39,265 bases of DNA from an uncultured Flavobacteriales bacterium (GCA_964009845.1 CAXGIQ010000002.1:1-39265); one strand, 5' to 3'. Positions 25,163 to 34,994 are shown, counted from the stretch's first letter. Translations and numbers: made by a program. The notes: generated by a model from the letters alone, not told the origin.

Positions 25163-25667
25163 ACCATGATGCATACATCACATAATTATTAGCAATTCCT
25201 TCGACTAAATGTGCTGTTTGCTCTTCGCTTAACTCTTTCACTTTTTTAGCTGGCACTCCCGCATAAATGCTTCCGCTTTCAATATGTGTTCCTTCTAAAA
25301 CCACCGCTCCAGCGGCAATAATGCTATTGCTTTCAACTACTACACCATCCATTACAATCGCTCCCATTCCTACTAATACATTATCGTGAATGGTACAACC
25401 ATGTACTAACGCATTATGGCCAATAGAAACATTGTTTCCCACATTAGTAGGTGCCTTTTGGTAGGTACAATGAATAACTGCTCCATCTTGTATATTAACC
25501 TTATTTCCTATCTTGATAAAATGCACATCACCACGAACAACGGTATTGAACCAAATAGAACAATCATCTCCCATCTGTACTTCGCCTACTACAGTTGCAT
25601 TTTCTGCTATGTAAACATTTGTTCCAAAAACAGGATACTTACCTTTCACTTCTTTAATTAAAGCCAT
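25152..25667 (-). CDS. Gamma-carbonic-anhydrase-like / hexapeptide-repeat (LbH) protein
   Basis: 171 aa. It has left-handed beta-helix hexapeptide repeats and the pattern VRGDV...IGNKVNIQDGAVIH. Confidence 0.85.
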   Translation of the reverse strand: MALIKEVKGKYPVFGTNVYIAENATVVGEVQMGDDCSIWFNTVVRGDVHFIKIGNKVNIQDGAVIHCTYQKAPTNVGNNVSIGHNALVHGCTIHDNVLVGMGAIVMDGVVVESNSIIAAGAVVLEGTHIESGSIYAGVPAKKVKELSEEQTAHLVEGIANNYVMYASWFTV

Positions 25668-25683
25668 CTTCTTTGATTTGCCT

Positions 25684-25691
25684 CAAAGATA
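25684..25691 (-). promoter_or_regulatory. Bacteroidota -7 promoter box (TATCTTTG on the minus strand) for the gamma-CA-like gene
   Basis: The reverse complement of caaagata matches TAnnTTTG. It lies 16 nt upstream of the start at 25667. Confidence 0.5.
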
Positions 25692-25702
25692 AAAGAATGG
25701 CT

Positions 25703-25710
25703 TAACTTTG
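25703..25710 (+). promoter_or_regulatory. Bacteroidota -7 promoter box (TAACTTTG) for the NifU-like gene
   Basis: Exact TAnnTTTG match. It overlaps the ORF-track TTG start at 25708, so ATG 25729 is preferred. Confidence 0.5.
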
Positions 25711-25728
25711 CAGTTCAAATCTCCAATT

Positions 25729-26337
25729 ATGAGTACCGCAAAAATTCCTATCTCGCTATATGCTGAGGCAACACCAAACCCAAATGTAATGAAGTTTACA
25801 GCTAACAAAATGTTAGTTGACACACGCATTTATGAATTTAATAACCGAGCAGAAGCTATTGATTCTCCTTTAGCCCTAGAGTTATTTGGTTTTTCTTTTG
25901 TGGACAGTGTATTTATCAGCAACAACTTTATATCGGTTAGTAAAAAAGCCAATAGCATTGAATGGGCTGACATTGTCATGGAAATTCGAGAATTTATTAG
26001 AGATTACCTAGTAGATGGTGGTGTGGTAATTAAAGAAAATGCACAAGCCAAAAATGACATCCCTATTGTTGAACACAAAGAAGAGTTAAATAGAGAATTT
26101 ACCCAAATAGAACAAAAAATTGCCGACTTGTTAGATGAATATGTTCGTCCTGCTGTAGAACAAGATGGAGGTTTTATTTCTTTGAAAAAATTCGAAGACG
26201 GCATTGTTACCGTTTCTTTACAAGGCGCTTGTAGCGGTTGTCCTTCTTCTTCTCAAACACTAAAAGGAGGAATAGAAGGACTCTTAAAGAAAATGATGCC
26301 TAACGAGGTAATAGAAGTAATAGCTGACAATGATTAA
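25729..26337 (+). CDS. Nfu/NifU-family Fe-S cluster carrier (Nfu_N + NifU C-terminal domain)
   Basis: The N-terminus YAEATPNPNVMKF matches the Nfu N-domain. The C-terminus has VRPAVEQDGGFISL and the CxxC motif GACSGCPSS. Confidence 0.85.
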   Translation: MSTAKIPISLYAEATPNPNVMKFTANKMLVDTRIYEFNNRAEAIDSPLALELFGFSFVDSVFISNNFISVSKKANSIEWADIVMEIREFIRDYLVDGGVVIKENAQAKNDIPIVEHKEELNREFTQIEQKIADLLDEYVRPAVEQDGGFISLKKFEDGIVTVSLQGACSGCPSSSQTLKGGIEGLLKKMMPNEVIEVIADND

Positions 26338-27049
26338 AAGAATTTTCATTCTTTGTTTTTTTGTTTCCATAGCGCAAGCTCAAGAATACAACTCTTTGTC
26401 TACCAAGATGGGCATTCAGTTTAAACCCATTCTTCCTTCTGCTTATTTTGATGCATCGAGTATTGCGGAGAATAGAGATGATTTTTATTTTACTCTAGCT
26501 ACTAAACAAAGTTATTCTCTTGGAATGATTGTTAGAAAAGAAGTAAATAAAACTTTTGCTGTGGAGTACGGTATCAATTATATCCAACAAAACTTCGCTC
26601 TTGATGTGTCAAATAACATTCATAATATTAGTGATGTTACTAAGTTTGGGATAAGATCTTATGAACTCCCTGTTCAGGGCTTAGTGTATGTAAAAATTTC
26701 TACGGAAATTTACCTAAATGCAGCATTTGGGTTTTCATATAATGTATATGCTTCAGATGTATTTTCCGAAGGAAATAATGACAACCGCTTTTTTCAAAAC
26801 ACTTACCGAAGAAAAAGGCATCAATCAGCACTTATTGCAAATATTGGATCCGAATATAGAACTCATGATAATGGATATTACTACATAGGATTTTCTTTAC
26901 ATAGGCCATGGAAAGATATTGCGAGAGTTTATCCGGAATATGATTTCATAGGCAATGAAGATTTTAATAACAATGCTCCGGGTAATGACGCCTTTTATAT
27001 AGAAATTCTTGGGAATTTTGTTACGCTAGACTTACGCTATTTCTTCTAG
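26330..27049 (+). CDS. Hypothetical outer-membrane beta-barrel protein
   Basis: 239 aa. Signal peptide: MIKRIFILCFFVSIAQA/Q. The sequence alternates in an amphipathic pattern and ends ...TLDLRYFF. It overlaps the NifU-like gene by 8 nt. Confidence 0.55.
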   Translation: MIKRIFILCFFVSIAQAQEYNSLSTKMGIQFKPILPSAYFDASSIAENRDDFYFTLATKQSYSLGMIVRKEVNKTFAVEYGINYIQQNFALDVSNNIHNISDVTKFGIRSYELPVQGLVYVKISTEIYLNAAFGFSYNVYASDVFSEGNNDNRFFQNTYRRKRHQSALIANIGSEYRTHDNGYYYIGFSLHRPWKDIARVYPEYDFIGNEDFNNNAPGNDAFYIEILGNFVTLDLRYFF

Positions 27050-27110
27050 AAAACCACTGTGAACGAGTGAGAACAACTATATTACTACCTCGTTTTTATA
27101 ACTTTATTCT

Positions 27111-27118
27111 TAAATTTG
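27111..27118 (+). promoter_or_regulatory. Bacteroidota -7 promoter box (TAAATTTG) for the T9SS type-B cargo gene
   Basis: Exact TAnnTTTG match, 21 nt upstream of ATG 27140. Confidence 0.5.
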
Positions 27119-27139
27119 AGTAAATTATAAGTCATTTTT

Positions 27140-29683
27140 ATGTTCAGATTTTGTTTATCTCTAATGCTTTTGTGTAAGATCTCTTACACTCAGCCATTAA
27201 CCGATGGGATGGCAATTGTGACTCACTGGAGTCAAAATGGATTATATGATGCTTTTAGCATTTTTGACACACAAAATACTTTGGATGCTCCACTAGGGTT
27301 AAATTGGGGCACTACATTTCACACCCCTGCTGATCCAGCAATTCATGCTCAATGGAAAAATATTGGTGACGTTTTTGGCATTGCTATAGACAACCAAAAA
27401 AATGTTTACTTCACTGCAACTCGATCTATTTCAAGTAGCGGTTCCGCAGGCACTTCAGCAGGTCCTGCTGGTGATGCTGGTGTTTATAAAATGAATGCAG
27501 CAGATTGGAGTATCACTGAATTTATAACAACAGGGAGCGGAGTAAATCAGATGCCTAATTTTGGAGTTGGATTAGGAAACATCTGCTATGACGAATGGAA
27601 TGACCAACTATTTATCACCAATTTTGAAGATGGAAAAATTTACCGCTATAATATGAGTGGCGATTTACTTTCTTCCTTCGATCCTTTTACTGCAGATGAT
27701 GGAAGTAATGGATTTGTTGGACACGGAGAGGCTATTTGGGGAATCAATGTGTTTGGAAACAACCAAGCAAACCTTAAAGTATATTTCTCTCAATGGACAG
27801 AAGACAATTCTTTAAGTGATGCTAGTGGAGTGAATAATTCAGTATGGTCTGTTGAGCTTAATGCCACAGGAGATTTTATGTCAGGGACTGAAACATTATG
27901 CTTCAGTCTTCCCAACATCGAATATGTTTGGGAGACAATAGAAGGCGGTTCATATCCTATTTCTGATATCACTTTTGATTCTCAGGGAAATATGTTTTTA
28001 TGTGAAAAAACACAAGGAGGATGGGGTGCATTCGGAGGGTGGAATGATTGTTTCACACCTGGAGCGCACAGTTCTAGATTGTTTCAATACAGTCAGAATA
28101 GTGGTTCTTGGACATTAGCAGAACACTATGCTGTTGGAAATTATCAAACACCGGATGCTGGAAACAATACTACAGGAGGTGTAGCAATTGGAAATAAAGA
28201 AACCGAAAATGGTATTGACTGTGAAAAATTAATTTGGTGTACCGGTGATGCTTTAAGATTTTCGGGTTACAACCCCCCTGATGGCGGGCAAACTTATATA
28301 TATGGAGCTGCTGCTATTCCTGTAGAAGGAAATTCTTTAGATGTTGGAGCTGCTGACTATGGTCCAACTAGTAGCATATATGTCGATGTAGATTATACAG
28401 GGATGGGTACAAGCGGTGCCATCAAAATGGCTTATGGAGATATTGAGATTTGGTCAGATGCAGTTGCAGAAGCAAGTTTTACTATAAGTCCTGATGAAAC
28501 AATTTGTGAAGGAGGTTCAACTATTTTAAGTGTAACAGGAGGAACTAATTATTCATGGAGTCCATCTACTGGACTAGACGATATAAATAGTGCTAATCCA
28601 ACAGCTAATCCAATCACACAAACCACCTATACTGTAACAGGAGAGGGTGCATGTGGAGGTACTGCTGAGGCAAGTATAACAATTAGTATAGATAACTTCA
28701 ATATTGAATTAGGACCAGATCAAGCAATTTGCGAAGGTACTGAAAGCCCTGTCCTACTAGATGCAGGAATTGCGAATTCGTACTTATGGAATACAAATGA
28801 AACCACTCAAATCATAAGTGTTAATACCCCAGGAGAATATAGTGTTGAAGTAACAAGCCCTAACAATTGCTCGTATTTTGACACTTTAACTATCACCGAA
28901 AGCACTCCTCCTTCTGTTGACTTTTTTGCATCAGACACAGACGAATGTATTCCAGCAAGATTTCAGTTAACAAACCTCAGCACATCAGCTGAAGGGGATC
29001 CAATACAAAATTGGGAATGGAGTTGTAACAACGAAACATCAAACTATATCGACCCTGTTTTCCATATTGATAACCCAGGGACATATGATGTTAGTCTAAC
29101 AACAACTTCAGAGGAAGGATGCGAAAGCACATTTATTATAACTGACTATCTAACTGTTCATCCCAACCCAGTAGCTGACTTTAGTTTTTATCCCGAATTG
29201 ATTAGTCATTGTGAGAAAACAGTAGAGTTTTTTAATAATTCAACAGGATATGAAAGCCTAACTTGGACTTTAGGTGATGAAACAGCTATTAGTGAGGACA
29301 CCTTGTCTTTGTATACTTTCCCTACAATGGGTTGGTATTTTATTCAACTCAACTTAGTTTCTGAATATGGATGTGAAGAAGTGACTAATAGATGGATAAA
29401 GCCAGCAGATGACGAGCCGTTTTATGCTCCAAACGCATTTACGCCAAACAATGATGGCAATAATGATATCTTTAAACCCATCATTGAGTGTGCTCCAAAC
29501 TTTGAATTTTGGGTGTTTAATCGATGGGGGGCTGAAATTTTTTATACCACAGATATTAATGAAGGTTGGAATGGATATTTTCAAGATAAGCTCTGTCAAA
29601 TAGGCAAGTATAGTTGGAAAGTAAAATATGACAATACAAAACCAAACCAAATTGAAACTGGTGAAGTACATTTGATGCACTAA
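27140..29683 (+). CDS. Large T9SS type-B (CHU_C / gliding-motility-associated C-terminal domain) cell-surface protein with Ig-like and PKD-like repeats
   Basis: 847 aa. The C-terminal domain at about 29414-29680 reads FYAPNAFTPNNDGNNDIFKP...FNRWG...GWNG. Ig-like repeats show the pattern ICEGGSTILSVTGGTNYSWSPS. Two PKD-like modules are present. The N-terminal roughly 440 aa is unassigned. Confidence 0.8.
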   Translation: MFRFCLSLMLLCKISYTQPLTDGMAIVTHWSQNGLYDAFSIFDTQNTLDAPLGLNWGTTFHTPADPAIHAQWKNIGDVFGIAIDNQKNVYFTATRSISSSGSAGTSAGPAGDAGVYKMNAADWSITEFITTGSGVNQMPNFGVGLGNICYDEWNDQLFITNFEDGKIYRYNMSGDLLSSFDPFTADDGSNGFVGHGEAIWGINVFGNNQANLKVYFSQWTEDNSLSDASGVNNSVWSVELNATGDFMSGTETLCFSLPNIEYVWETIEGGSYPISDITFDSQGNMFLCEKTQGGWGAFGGWNDCFTPGAHSSRLFQYSQNSGSWTLAEHYAVGNYQTPDAGNNTTGGVAIGNKETENGIDCEKLIWCTGDALRFSGYNPPDGGQTYIYGAAAIPVEGNSLDVGAADYGPTSSIYVDVDYTGMGTSGAIKMAYGDIEIWSDAVAEASFTISPDETICEGGSTILSVTGGTNYSWSPSTGLDDINSANPTANPITQTTYTVTGEGACGGTAEASITISIDNFNIELGPDQAICEGTESPVLLDAGIANSYLWNTNETTQIISVNTPGEYSVEVTSPNNCSYFDTLTITESTPPSVDFFASDTDECIPARFQLTNLSTSAEGDPIQNWEWSCNNETSNYIDPVFHIDNPGTYDVSLTTTSEEGCESTFIITDYLTVHPNPVADFSFYPELISHCEKTVEFFNNSTGYESLTWTLGDETAISEDTLSLYTFPTMGWYFIQLNLVSEYGCEEVTNRWIKPADDEPFYAPNAFTPNNDGNNDIFKPIIECAPNFEFWVFNRWGAEIFYTTDINEGWNGYFQDKLCQIGKYSWKVKYDNTKPNQIETGEVHLMH

Positions 29684-29713
29684 AAAAGCCCTCTTTCGAG
29701 GGCTCTTCTTTTT
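29682..29713. terminator. Bidirectional intrinsic terminator between the T9SS cargo gene (+) and sucB (-)
   Basis: Perfect 7-bp hairpin agccctc-tttc-gagggct, flanked by an A run upstream and a T-rich tract downstream. Confidence 0.8.
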
Positions 29714-30896
29714 ATAATCCTAAACTTTTCTTGATATCTCCCCCAAGCAAATGTGTTGTTGGGTCTTCCAAGCATTCTTTCACTCTACATAAAAATCCTA
29801 CAGACTCTCGACCATCAATAATTCGGTGATCGTAAGAAAGAGCTATGTACATAATTGGGCGAATCTCCACTTTCCCATCCACTGCCACTGGACGCTCAAC
29901 AATATTGTGCATTCCTAAAATAGCCGATTGCGGAGGGTTGATGATGGGCGTAGACAACATAGACCCAAAAACACCACCATTAGTAATAGTAAAGGTACCG
30001 CCAACCATCTCATCTGGAGTAATTTTTCCATCTCTCGCTTTGATTGCTAAACGCTTCACTTCTGATTCTAACTCTTGAAAGTTCATCAGCTCTGCATTAC
30101 GAATTACAGGCACCATCAAACCTTTTGGCGCACTTACCGCAATACTGATATCTGCATAATTATGGTACTGAACTTCTTTACCATCAATCATCGCATTTAC
30201 ATCTGGAAACTCCATTAAGGCAGTAGTCACTGATTTTGTGAAGAAGGACATAAAACCAAGATTTACTTCATACTTTTCTTTAAATACTTCTTTGTACTCC
30301 TTTCTAATAGCATTGATTGGACTCATGTCTACTTCATTGAAAGTCGTTAGCATTGCGGTATCGTTTTTAACTGATACTAAACGCTGCGCTACCTTTCTAC
30401 GAAGCATAGACATTTTCTTACGCTCAATTCCTCTTGGACCATCTGTTTTCACCCCTTCCATCGCCTCAATCACATCTTCTTTCAAGATTTTCCCTCCTTC
30501 TCCTGTTCCAGTAACATCTGAAGGAGAAACATCATTTTGCTTGATATATTCTTTAGCTAAAGGTGTTGCTTTTGCATCTAACGAAGCATTGCTTTTTGGA
30601 GTAGCAGGTGTTGGCTCTGCCTCAGCAGGTTTAGCAGGTTTAGCTTTTGCCTTACCTTTTACACTAGTGTCAATAATACATACTATATCACCAACAGCTA
30701 CTGTTTCGCCTTCTTCCACTACAATTTTAATAGCACCACTTACCTCTGCAGGCAATGCTAAAGTTGCTTTGTCAGAATCTACTTCAGCAATTTCTTGATC
30801 TTTTTCTACATATTCCCCATCTTCCACTAACCAAGTGGCAATTTCTACTTCCGAGATTGACTCGCCCGGACTGGGAACTTTCATTTCTAAGAGCAT
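29712..30896 (-). CDS. sucB: 2-oxoglutarate dehydrogenase E2, dihydrolipoyllysine succinyltransferase
   Basis: 394 aa. It has a lipoyl domain ([14 protein letters not shown]), an Ala/Pro-rich linker and the catalytic motif SYDHRIIDG. Confidence 0.95.
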   Translation of the reverse strand: MLLEMKVPSPGESISEVEIATWLVEDGEYVEKDQEIAEVDSDKATLALPAEVSGAIKIVVEEGETVAVGDIVCIIDTSVKGKAKAKPAKPAEAEPTPATPKSNASLDAKATPLAKEYIKQNDVSPSDVTGTGEGGKILKEDVIEAMEGVKTDGPRGIERKKMSMLRRKVAQRLVSVKNDTAMLTTFNEVDMSPINAIRKEYKEVFKEKYEVNLGFMSFFTKSVTTALMEFPDVNAMIDGKEVQYHNYADISIAVSAPKGLMVPVIRNAELMNFQELESEVKRLAIKARDGKITPDEMVGGTFTITNGGVFGSMLSTPIINPPQSAILGMHNIVERPVAVDGKVEIRPIMYIALSYDHRIIDGRESVGFLCRVKECLEDPTTHLLGGDIKKSLGL

Positions 30897-30902
30897 GATC
30901 TT

Positions 30903-33605
30903 TTATTTAAAAACTTGTTCTATAATTATTTTTTGTCGTTTTGCAGAACGCTTGCTTGAACCACTAGCAGTTGCTGCGCTCTCGCTTCTTGCCACTACCT
31001 CGAATGGTAGGGGTCGTAAATTTCTTAAAATATGACTCCATGCACCCATATTCTCCGGTTCTTCTTGAGCCCAAATTAGTTGCTCTGGATTATATTTTTC
31101 AATAATGGTTTTGATTTGTTTTTCAGGCAATGGATATAATTGCTCCATTCTTACAATAGCCACATCGTTTCTATTATTTTCTGTTCTTTCTTGCAGTAAT
31201 TCATAATATAATTTACCACTGCATAATACGAGTTTTTTCACTGATGATGCTTCTATCGTATCATCAATAATTTCTTGGAATCTTCCTGTTGTGAAATCTT
31301 GAATGGAAGAAACACATTGTGGATGGCGCAACAAACTTTTTGGTGTAAACACCACTAATGGTTTACGAAAGTTACGCTTCAACTGTCTTCTTAAAACATG
31401 GAAGAAATTAGCAGGAGTGGTGCAATTAACCATTTGCATATTGTGCTGCGCACACAACTGTAAGTAACGCTCCATTCTTGCACTTGAATGCTCTGCTCCT
31501 TGCCCTTCATAACCATGAGGCAATAACATTACCAAACCATTCATCATTTTCCACTTATCTTCTGCAGCACTTATGAATTGGTCTAGCATAATTTGAGCAC
31601 CATTACTAAAATCACCGAACTGTGCTTCCCAGATGGTTAAAGAGTTGGGCATTGCCATCGCATAACCATAATCGAAACCAAGCACCCCATACTCCGAAAG
31701 CAATGAATTGAATGCTGTAAATTTCGCAGTATTACTCACGCTATTCAAAGGGCATATTTCTTGTTCTGACTCCTCTGACTTCAAGACTGCGTGTCGATGC
31801 GAGAAAGTTCCTCGCTCAACATCTTGTCCGCTAATACGAACAGGGTGTCCTTCTTGTAAAAGTGTTCCATAAGCCAACAACTCTCCCATTGCCCAATCTA
31901 GTTTATCCGTGTCTTCCACCATCTTTTTACGATCGGATAATAAGCGTTGCGACTTTTTGAAAAGTTGTTTTTCCTCTGGTATCTTGTATAACTTTTCAGC
32001 TACAGCTAATAAATCATCTTTGGCTACACCTGTTTCTGGAGAAATATCAAAATCTTCCGATTGTGCTTTCTGAAAGCCTTCCCATTCTTGCTCCATAAAT
32101 GGTGTGATGAATGCCTTTTCTACCTCTTTAGATTCATCAAAACGATCTTGAAGCAATAGCTTAAACTTCGCCTCCATCTCTTTAGCTATGTTCGCTTCCA
32201 CCACACCCTCACTCATCAATTTCTGATTGTAAATTTCGCGTGGATTTTTATGTTTTGAAATCGCCTTGTACAATAAAGGTTGTGTGAAACGTGGCTCATC
32301 TCCTTCGTTATGACCATATTTACGGTAGCATAACAAATCGATAAATACATCTTTACCAAACTTCTGGCGATACTCTGTTGCAATCTGTATTGCATGAACC
32401 ACAGCTTCAACATCATCTCCATTTACATGAAAGACTGGTGATAAAGTTACCTTAGCAACATCTGTACAATAAGTGCTAGAGCGAGCATCTAAATAATTGG
32501 TAGTAAAGCCAATTTGATTATTGATGGCTACATGTATAGTTCCTCCTGTTTTATATCCATCTAATTGCGCCATTTGAACAACCTCATACACTACACCTTG
32601 CCCTGCTAAAGCTGCATCTCCATGTATCAAAATTGGAACTAGCTTTTTGTTGTTTCCAGCGTACTTCTCATCAATTTTTGCCCTAGAAATTCCTTCTACA
32701 ACTGGGTCAACAGCCTCTAAGTGAGAAGGATTTGGAGAAAGTGACATTTTTACTTTCTTTCCATTATCACAAGCCTGTTCCGATGTAAAACCTAAGTGAT
32801 ATTTTACATCTCCATCAAAAAGAGCATCTTCATATTCCTTCCCTTCAAACTCTGTAAAAATATCTTTGTATGTCTTGTTAAAAATATTGGCAAGCACATT
32901 CAGTCTACCTCTGTGCGCCATTCCCATCACATATTCCTCAACACCTAAATCTGCTCCTCTTTCAATCAATGCATCAAGTGCAGGAATTAAAGATTCAGCG
33001 CCTTCTAAAGAGAATCTCTTTTGTCCAACATACTTGGTATGCAAGAAGTTTTCGAAAGCAGCCGCTTGGTTTAGTTTATGTAGAATATGCTTCTTTTGGT
33101 CAACATTAAATTTTGGAGTGTTATTGTTTTGGTGTAAACGATTTTTAATCCACTCTACCTCTTCTGGTTGACGGATGTACATATACTCTACACCAATTGA
33201 TTGACAATAAACTTGCTCTAGGTGCGTGATGATTTCATGCAAAGTTGAAGGGCCAATTCCAACTGTAGAGCCGGCCTGAAAAACAGTTTCAAGATCTTCT
33301 TCTTCTAAATCAAAATGTTCAATCGCTAGTGTTGGCGCATATTTTCTACGCTCACGAACGGGGTTGGTTTTTGTAAAAAGATGTCCTCTTGTACGATAGG
33401 CATTGATAAGATTGATAACACGAAATTCTTTCTTGAAAGTTTCTGGAACCTCATCCTCCTCAGAGTAAACCTCCTTTGCAAAATCGAAACCTTGAAAAAA
33501 GATTCGCCACCCTTCATCTACAGAATCAGGATTTTGGATGTATTGGTCATACATCATCTCAATCATATTGGAGTGCACTGCTCCTAGGAAAGAATACTTA
33601 TCCAT
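30903..33605 (-). CDS. sucA: 2-oxoglutarate dehydrogenase E1 component
   Basis: 900 aa. Length and sequence are typical of SucA (GMAHRGRLNVLAN, HGDAALAGQGVV, HGYEGQGAEHSS). It lies 6 nt upstream of sucB. Confidence 0.95.
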   Translation of the reverse strand: MDKYSFLGAVHSNMIEMMYDQYIQNPDSVDEGWRIFFQGFDFAKEVYSEEDEVPETFKKEFRVINLINAYRTRGHLFTKTNPVRERRKYAPTLAIEHFDLEEEDLETVFQAGSTVGIGPSTLHEIITHLEQVYCQSIGVEYMYIRQPEEVEWIKNRLHQNNNTPKFNVDQKKHILHKLNQAAAFENFLHTKYVGQKRFSLEGAESLIPALDALIERGADLGVEEYVMGMAHRGRLNVLANIFNKTYKDIFTEFEGKEYEDALFDGDVKYHLGFTSEQACDNGKKVKMSLSPNPSHLEAVDPVVEGISRAKIDEKYAGNNKKLVPILIHGDAALAGQGVVYEVVQMAQLDGYKTGGTIHVAINNQIGFTTNYLDARSSTYCTDVAKVTLSPVFHVNGDDVEAVVHAIQIATEYRQKFGKDVFIDLLCYRKYGHNEGDEPRFTQPLLYKAISKHKNPREIYNQKLMSEGVVEANIAKEMEAKFKLLLQDRFDESKEVEKAFITPFMEQEWEGFQKAQSEDFDISPETGVAKDDLLAVAEKLYKIPEEKQLFKKSQRLLSDRKKMVEDTDKLDWAMGELLAYGTLLQEGHPVRISGQDVERGTFSHRHAVLKSEESEQEICPLNSVSNTAKFTAFNSLLSEYGVLGFDYGYAMAMPNSLTIWEAQFGDFSNGAQIMLDQFISAAEDKWKMMNGLVMLLPHGYEGQGAEHSSARMERYLQLCAQHNMQMVNCTTPANFFHVLRRQLKRNFRKPLVVFTPKSLLRHPQCVSSIQDFTTGRFQEIIDDTIEASSVKKLVLCSGKLYYELLQERTENNRNDVAIVRMEQLYPLPEKQIKTIIEKYNPEQLIWAQEEPENMGAWSHILRNLRPLPFEVVARSESAATASGSSKRSAKRQKIIIEQVFK

Positions 33606-33627
33606 TCGTTACCCAAAAATTTGATGA

Positions 33628-33645
33628 CAAAATTATTCAAATTTA
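33628..33645 (-). promoter_or_regulatory. Two adjacent -7 promoter boxes (TAATTTTG and TAAATTTG on the minus strand) upstream of sucA
   Basis: The reverse complements of caaaatta (33628-33635) and caaattta (33638-33645) both match TAnnTTTG. The second overlaps the stop codon of the upstream 128/129-aa ORF. Confidence 0.4.
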
Positions 33646-34029
33646 TTGATTCAGAAGTCCATCTGAACCCCTATTTTCTTGATTAGAAAAATGATGCTTC
33701 ATCAATACTTTTAACAAACATCGTTTCATAAGCAGTTTAGCCACAACATCTGAAAAAGGTTCATCTACTGTTTCTGACATGGCTTTTTGTATCTGTTCCT
33801 CTCCAACATCAACTTGATAAAGGATATTCATCATTTTTTGGTATTGGGCTTGCTCTAGAAAGGAGAATAGTTTTGATAATTGTTCTTGAAGCTCCTCTGC
33901 ACAAGGAGAAATGCTCAATGGTAACTCTAAATTTTGCCAGGATAAATCTTTTTGAATCTGCTGAATAGTAGCTGCTAACCAGTTTTTTTTAGCAAGGTAC
34001 TGCTGAACTTCTTGCTCAGATATTTTCAT
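33643..34029 (-). CDS. Hypothetical small helical protein, translationally coupled to the polyprenyl synthase gene
   Basis: 128 aa from ATG 34029 (MKISEQEVQQYL...), or 129 aa from TTG 34032. It has no signal peptide and no recognisable motif. The TGATG junction overlaps the upstream stop. Confidence 0.5.
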   Translation of the reverse strand: MKISEQEVQQYLAKKNWLAATIQQIQKDLSWQNLELPLSISPCAEELQEQLSKLFSFLEQAQYQKMMNILYQVDVGEEQIQKAMSETVDEPFSDVVAKLLMKRCLLKVLMKHHFSNQENRGSDGLLNQ

Positions 34030-34994
34030 CAACTTTCTCTTTGTAGCAACATGGCAGCAAATTGCTCCAATCCACTTTTATCTCCTTCAATTGCTCCGAG
34101 GTGAGTCATGGCTTTTTGATGATATTCGTGCATTAAATCAGTCGTGATTTTCTTAATCTCTAAACGTTCGTAAATTGCTTTTACAGCCTTTACTTTCTGT
34201 GTTCCATCATATTCTTTAGAAGAAAACCAATGTTGTAATTTCTCTTTTTGCTTCCCCTCTGCAACAGCTAACGACTGTAGATATAGGTAGGTTTTCTTAT
34301 TTGATAAAATATCGCCCCCCACCTGCTTTCCAAACTTATCTTGATCTCCAAACACATCCAGCATGTCATCTTTTAGCTGAAATGCAATCCCCATGTTTCT
34401 ACCGAATTCATACAAATGTTGCGCTTGCTCTTCATTGGCTCCCCCTGTTAAAGCACCTATTTTCAATGCTCCTGCTAAAAGAACTGCCGTCTTATACTCA
34501 ATCATTTTCAAGTATTCAGGAATAGTCACGTCACCGCGTTCCTCAAAATCCATATCCCATTGTTGTCCTTCACAAACCTCAACAGCTGTTTTACTAAAAA
34601 CATCTAATGATTTTTTGAGCACTTCACTAGGTACTTCGGACATGAGTTGATATGCATGCACTAACATAGTGTCTCCAGAAAGGATAGCTACATTTGGGCT
34701 CCACTTTTCATGCACGGTCTGCTGCCCTCTTCTCAATGGAGCATCATCCATAATATCATCATGTAAAAGAGTGAAATTATGAAAGACTTCAATCCCTAAT
34801 GCAGGCTTTATAGCAGCACTTAGATTTTGATTAAATAATTGATGTGCTAGCAATAACAATATTGGTCGCATGCGTTTACCACCTAAACCAAGCACATAAT
34901 CAATAGGTGTATATAAATCAGCCGGATTCTCTGGATAAGAGATGCCAGCTAATTCTTTTTCAATAATTTGTTGAAGTTCTTTTATCGACTTCAT
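34029..34994 (-). CDS. Polyprenyl diphosphate synthase (trans-IPPS, IspA/GGPPS-like)
   Basis: 321 aa. The first Asp-rich motif is LLHDDIMDD and the second is LKDDMLD. Confidence 0.9.
   Translation of the reverse strand: MKSIKELQQIIEKELAGISYPENPADLYTPIDYVLGLGGKRMRPILLLLAHQLFNQNLSAAIKPALGIEVFHNFTLLHDDIMDDAPLRRGQQTVHEKWSPNVAILSGDTMLVHAYQLMSEVPSEVLKKSLDVFSKTAVEVCEGQQWDMDFEERGDVTIPEYLKMIEYKTAVLLAGALKIGALTGGANEEQAQHLYEFGRNMGIAFQLKDDMLDVFGDQDKFGKQVGGDILSNKKTYLYLQSLAVAEGKQKEKLQHWFSSKEYDGTQKVKAVKAIYERLEIKKITTDLMHEYHQKAMTHLGAIEGDKSGLEQFAAMLLQRES

Noticed and set aside
25671-25688. Inverted repeat CTTTGA-tttgcc-TCAAAG between the gamma-CA-like and NifU-like genes
   Set aside because: The arms are short (6 bp) and overlap the -7 box TATCTTTG of the minus-strand gene. 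The symmetry is largely explained by the promoter motif itself plus the CTTTG of the 5' region.
27062-27097. Possible terminator hairpin aacgag...ctcgtt followed by a T run, after the 239-aa OMP gene
   Set aside because: The stem is only 6 bp with a 21-nt loop, much weaker than the other terminators in the window. It is not reported as a feature.
30238-30798. 186-aa plus-strand ORF antisense to sucB
   Set aside because: It is a mirror-frame artefact inside a well-supported conserved gene. It is a low-complexity Ser/Ala/Leu-rich translation of the antisense of the lipoyl, linker and core regions, with no promoter box.
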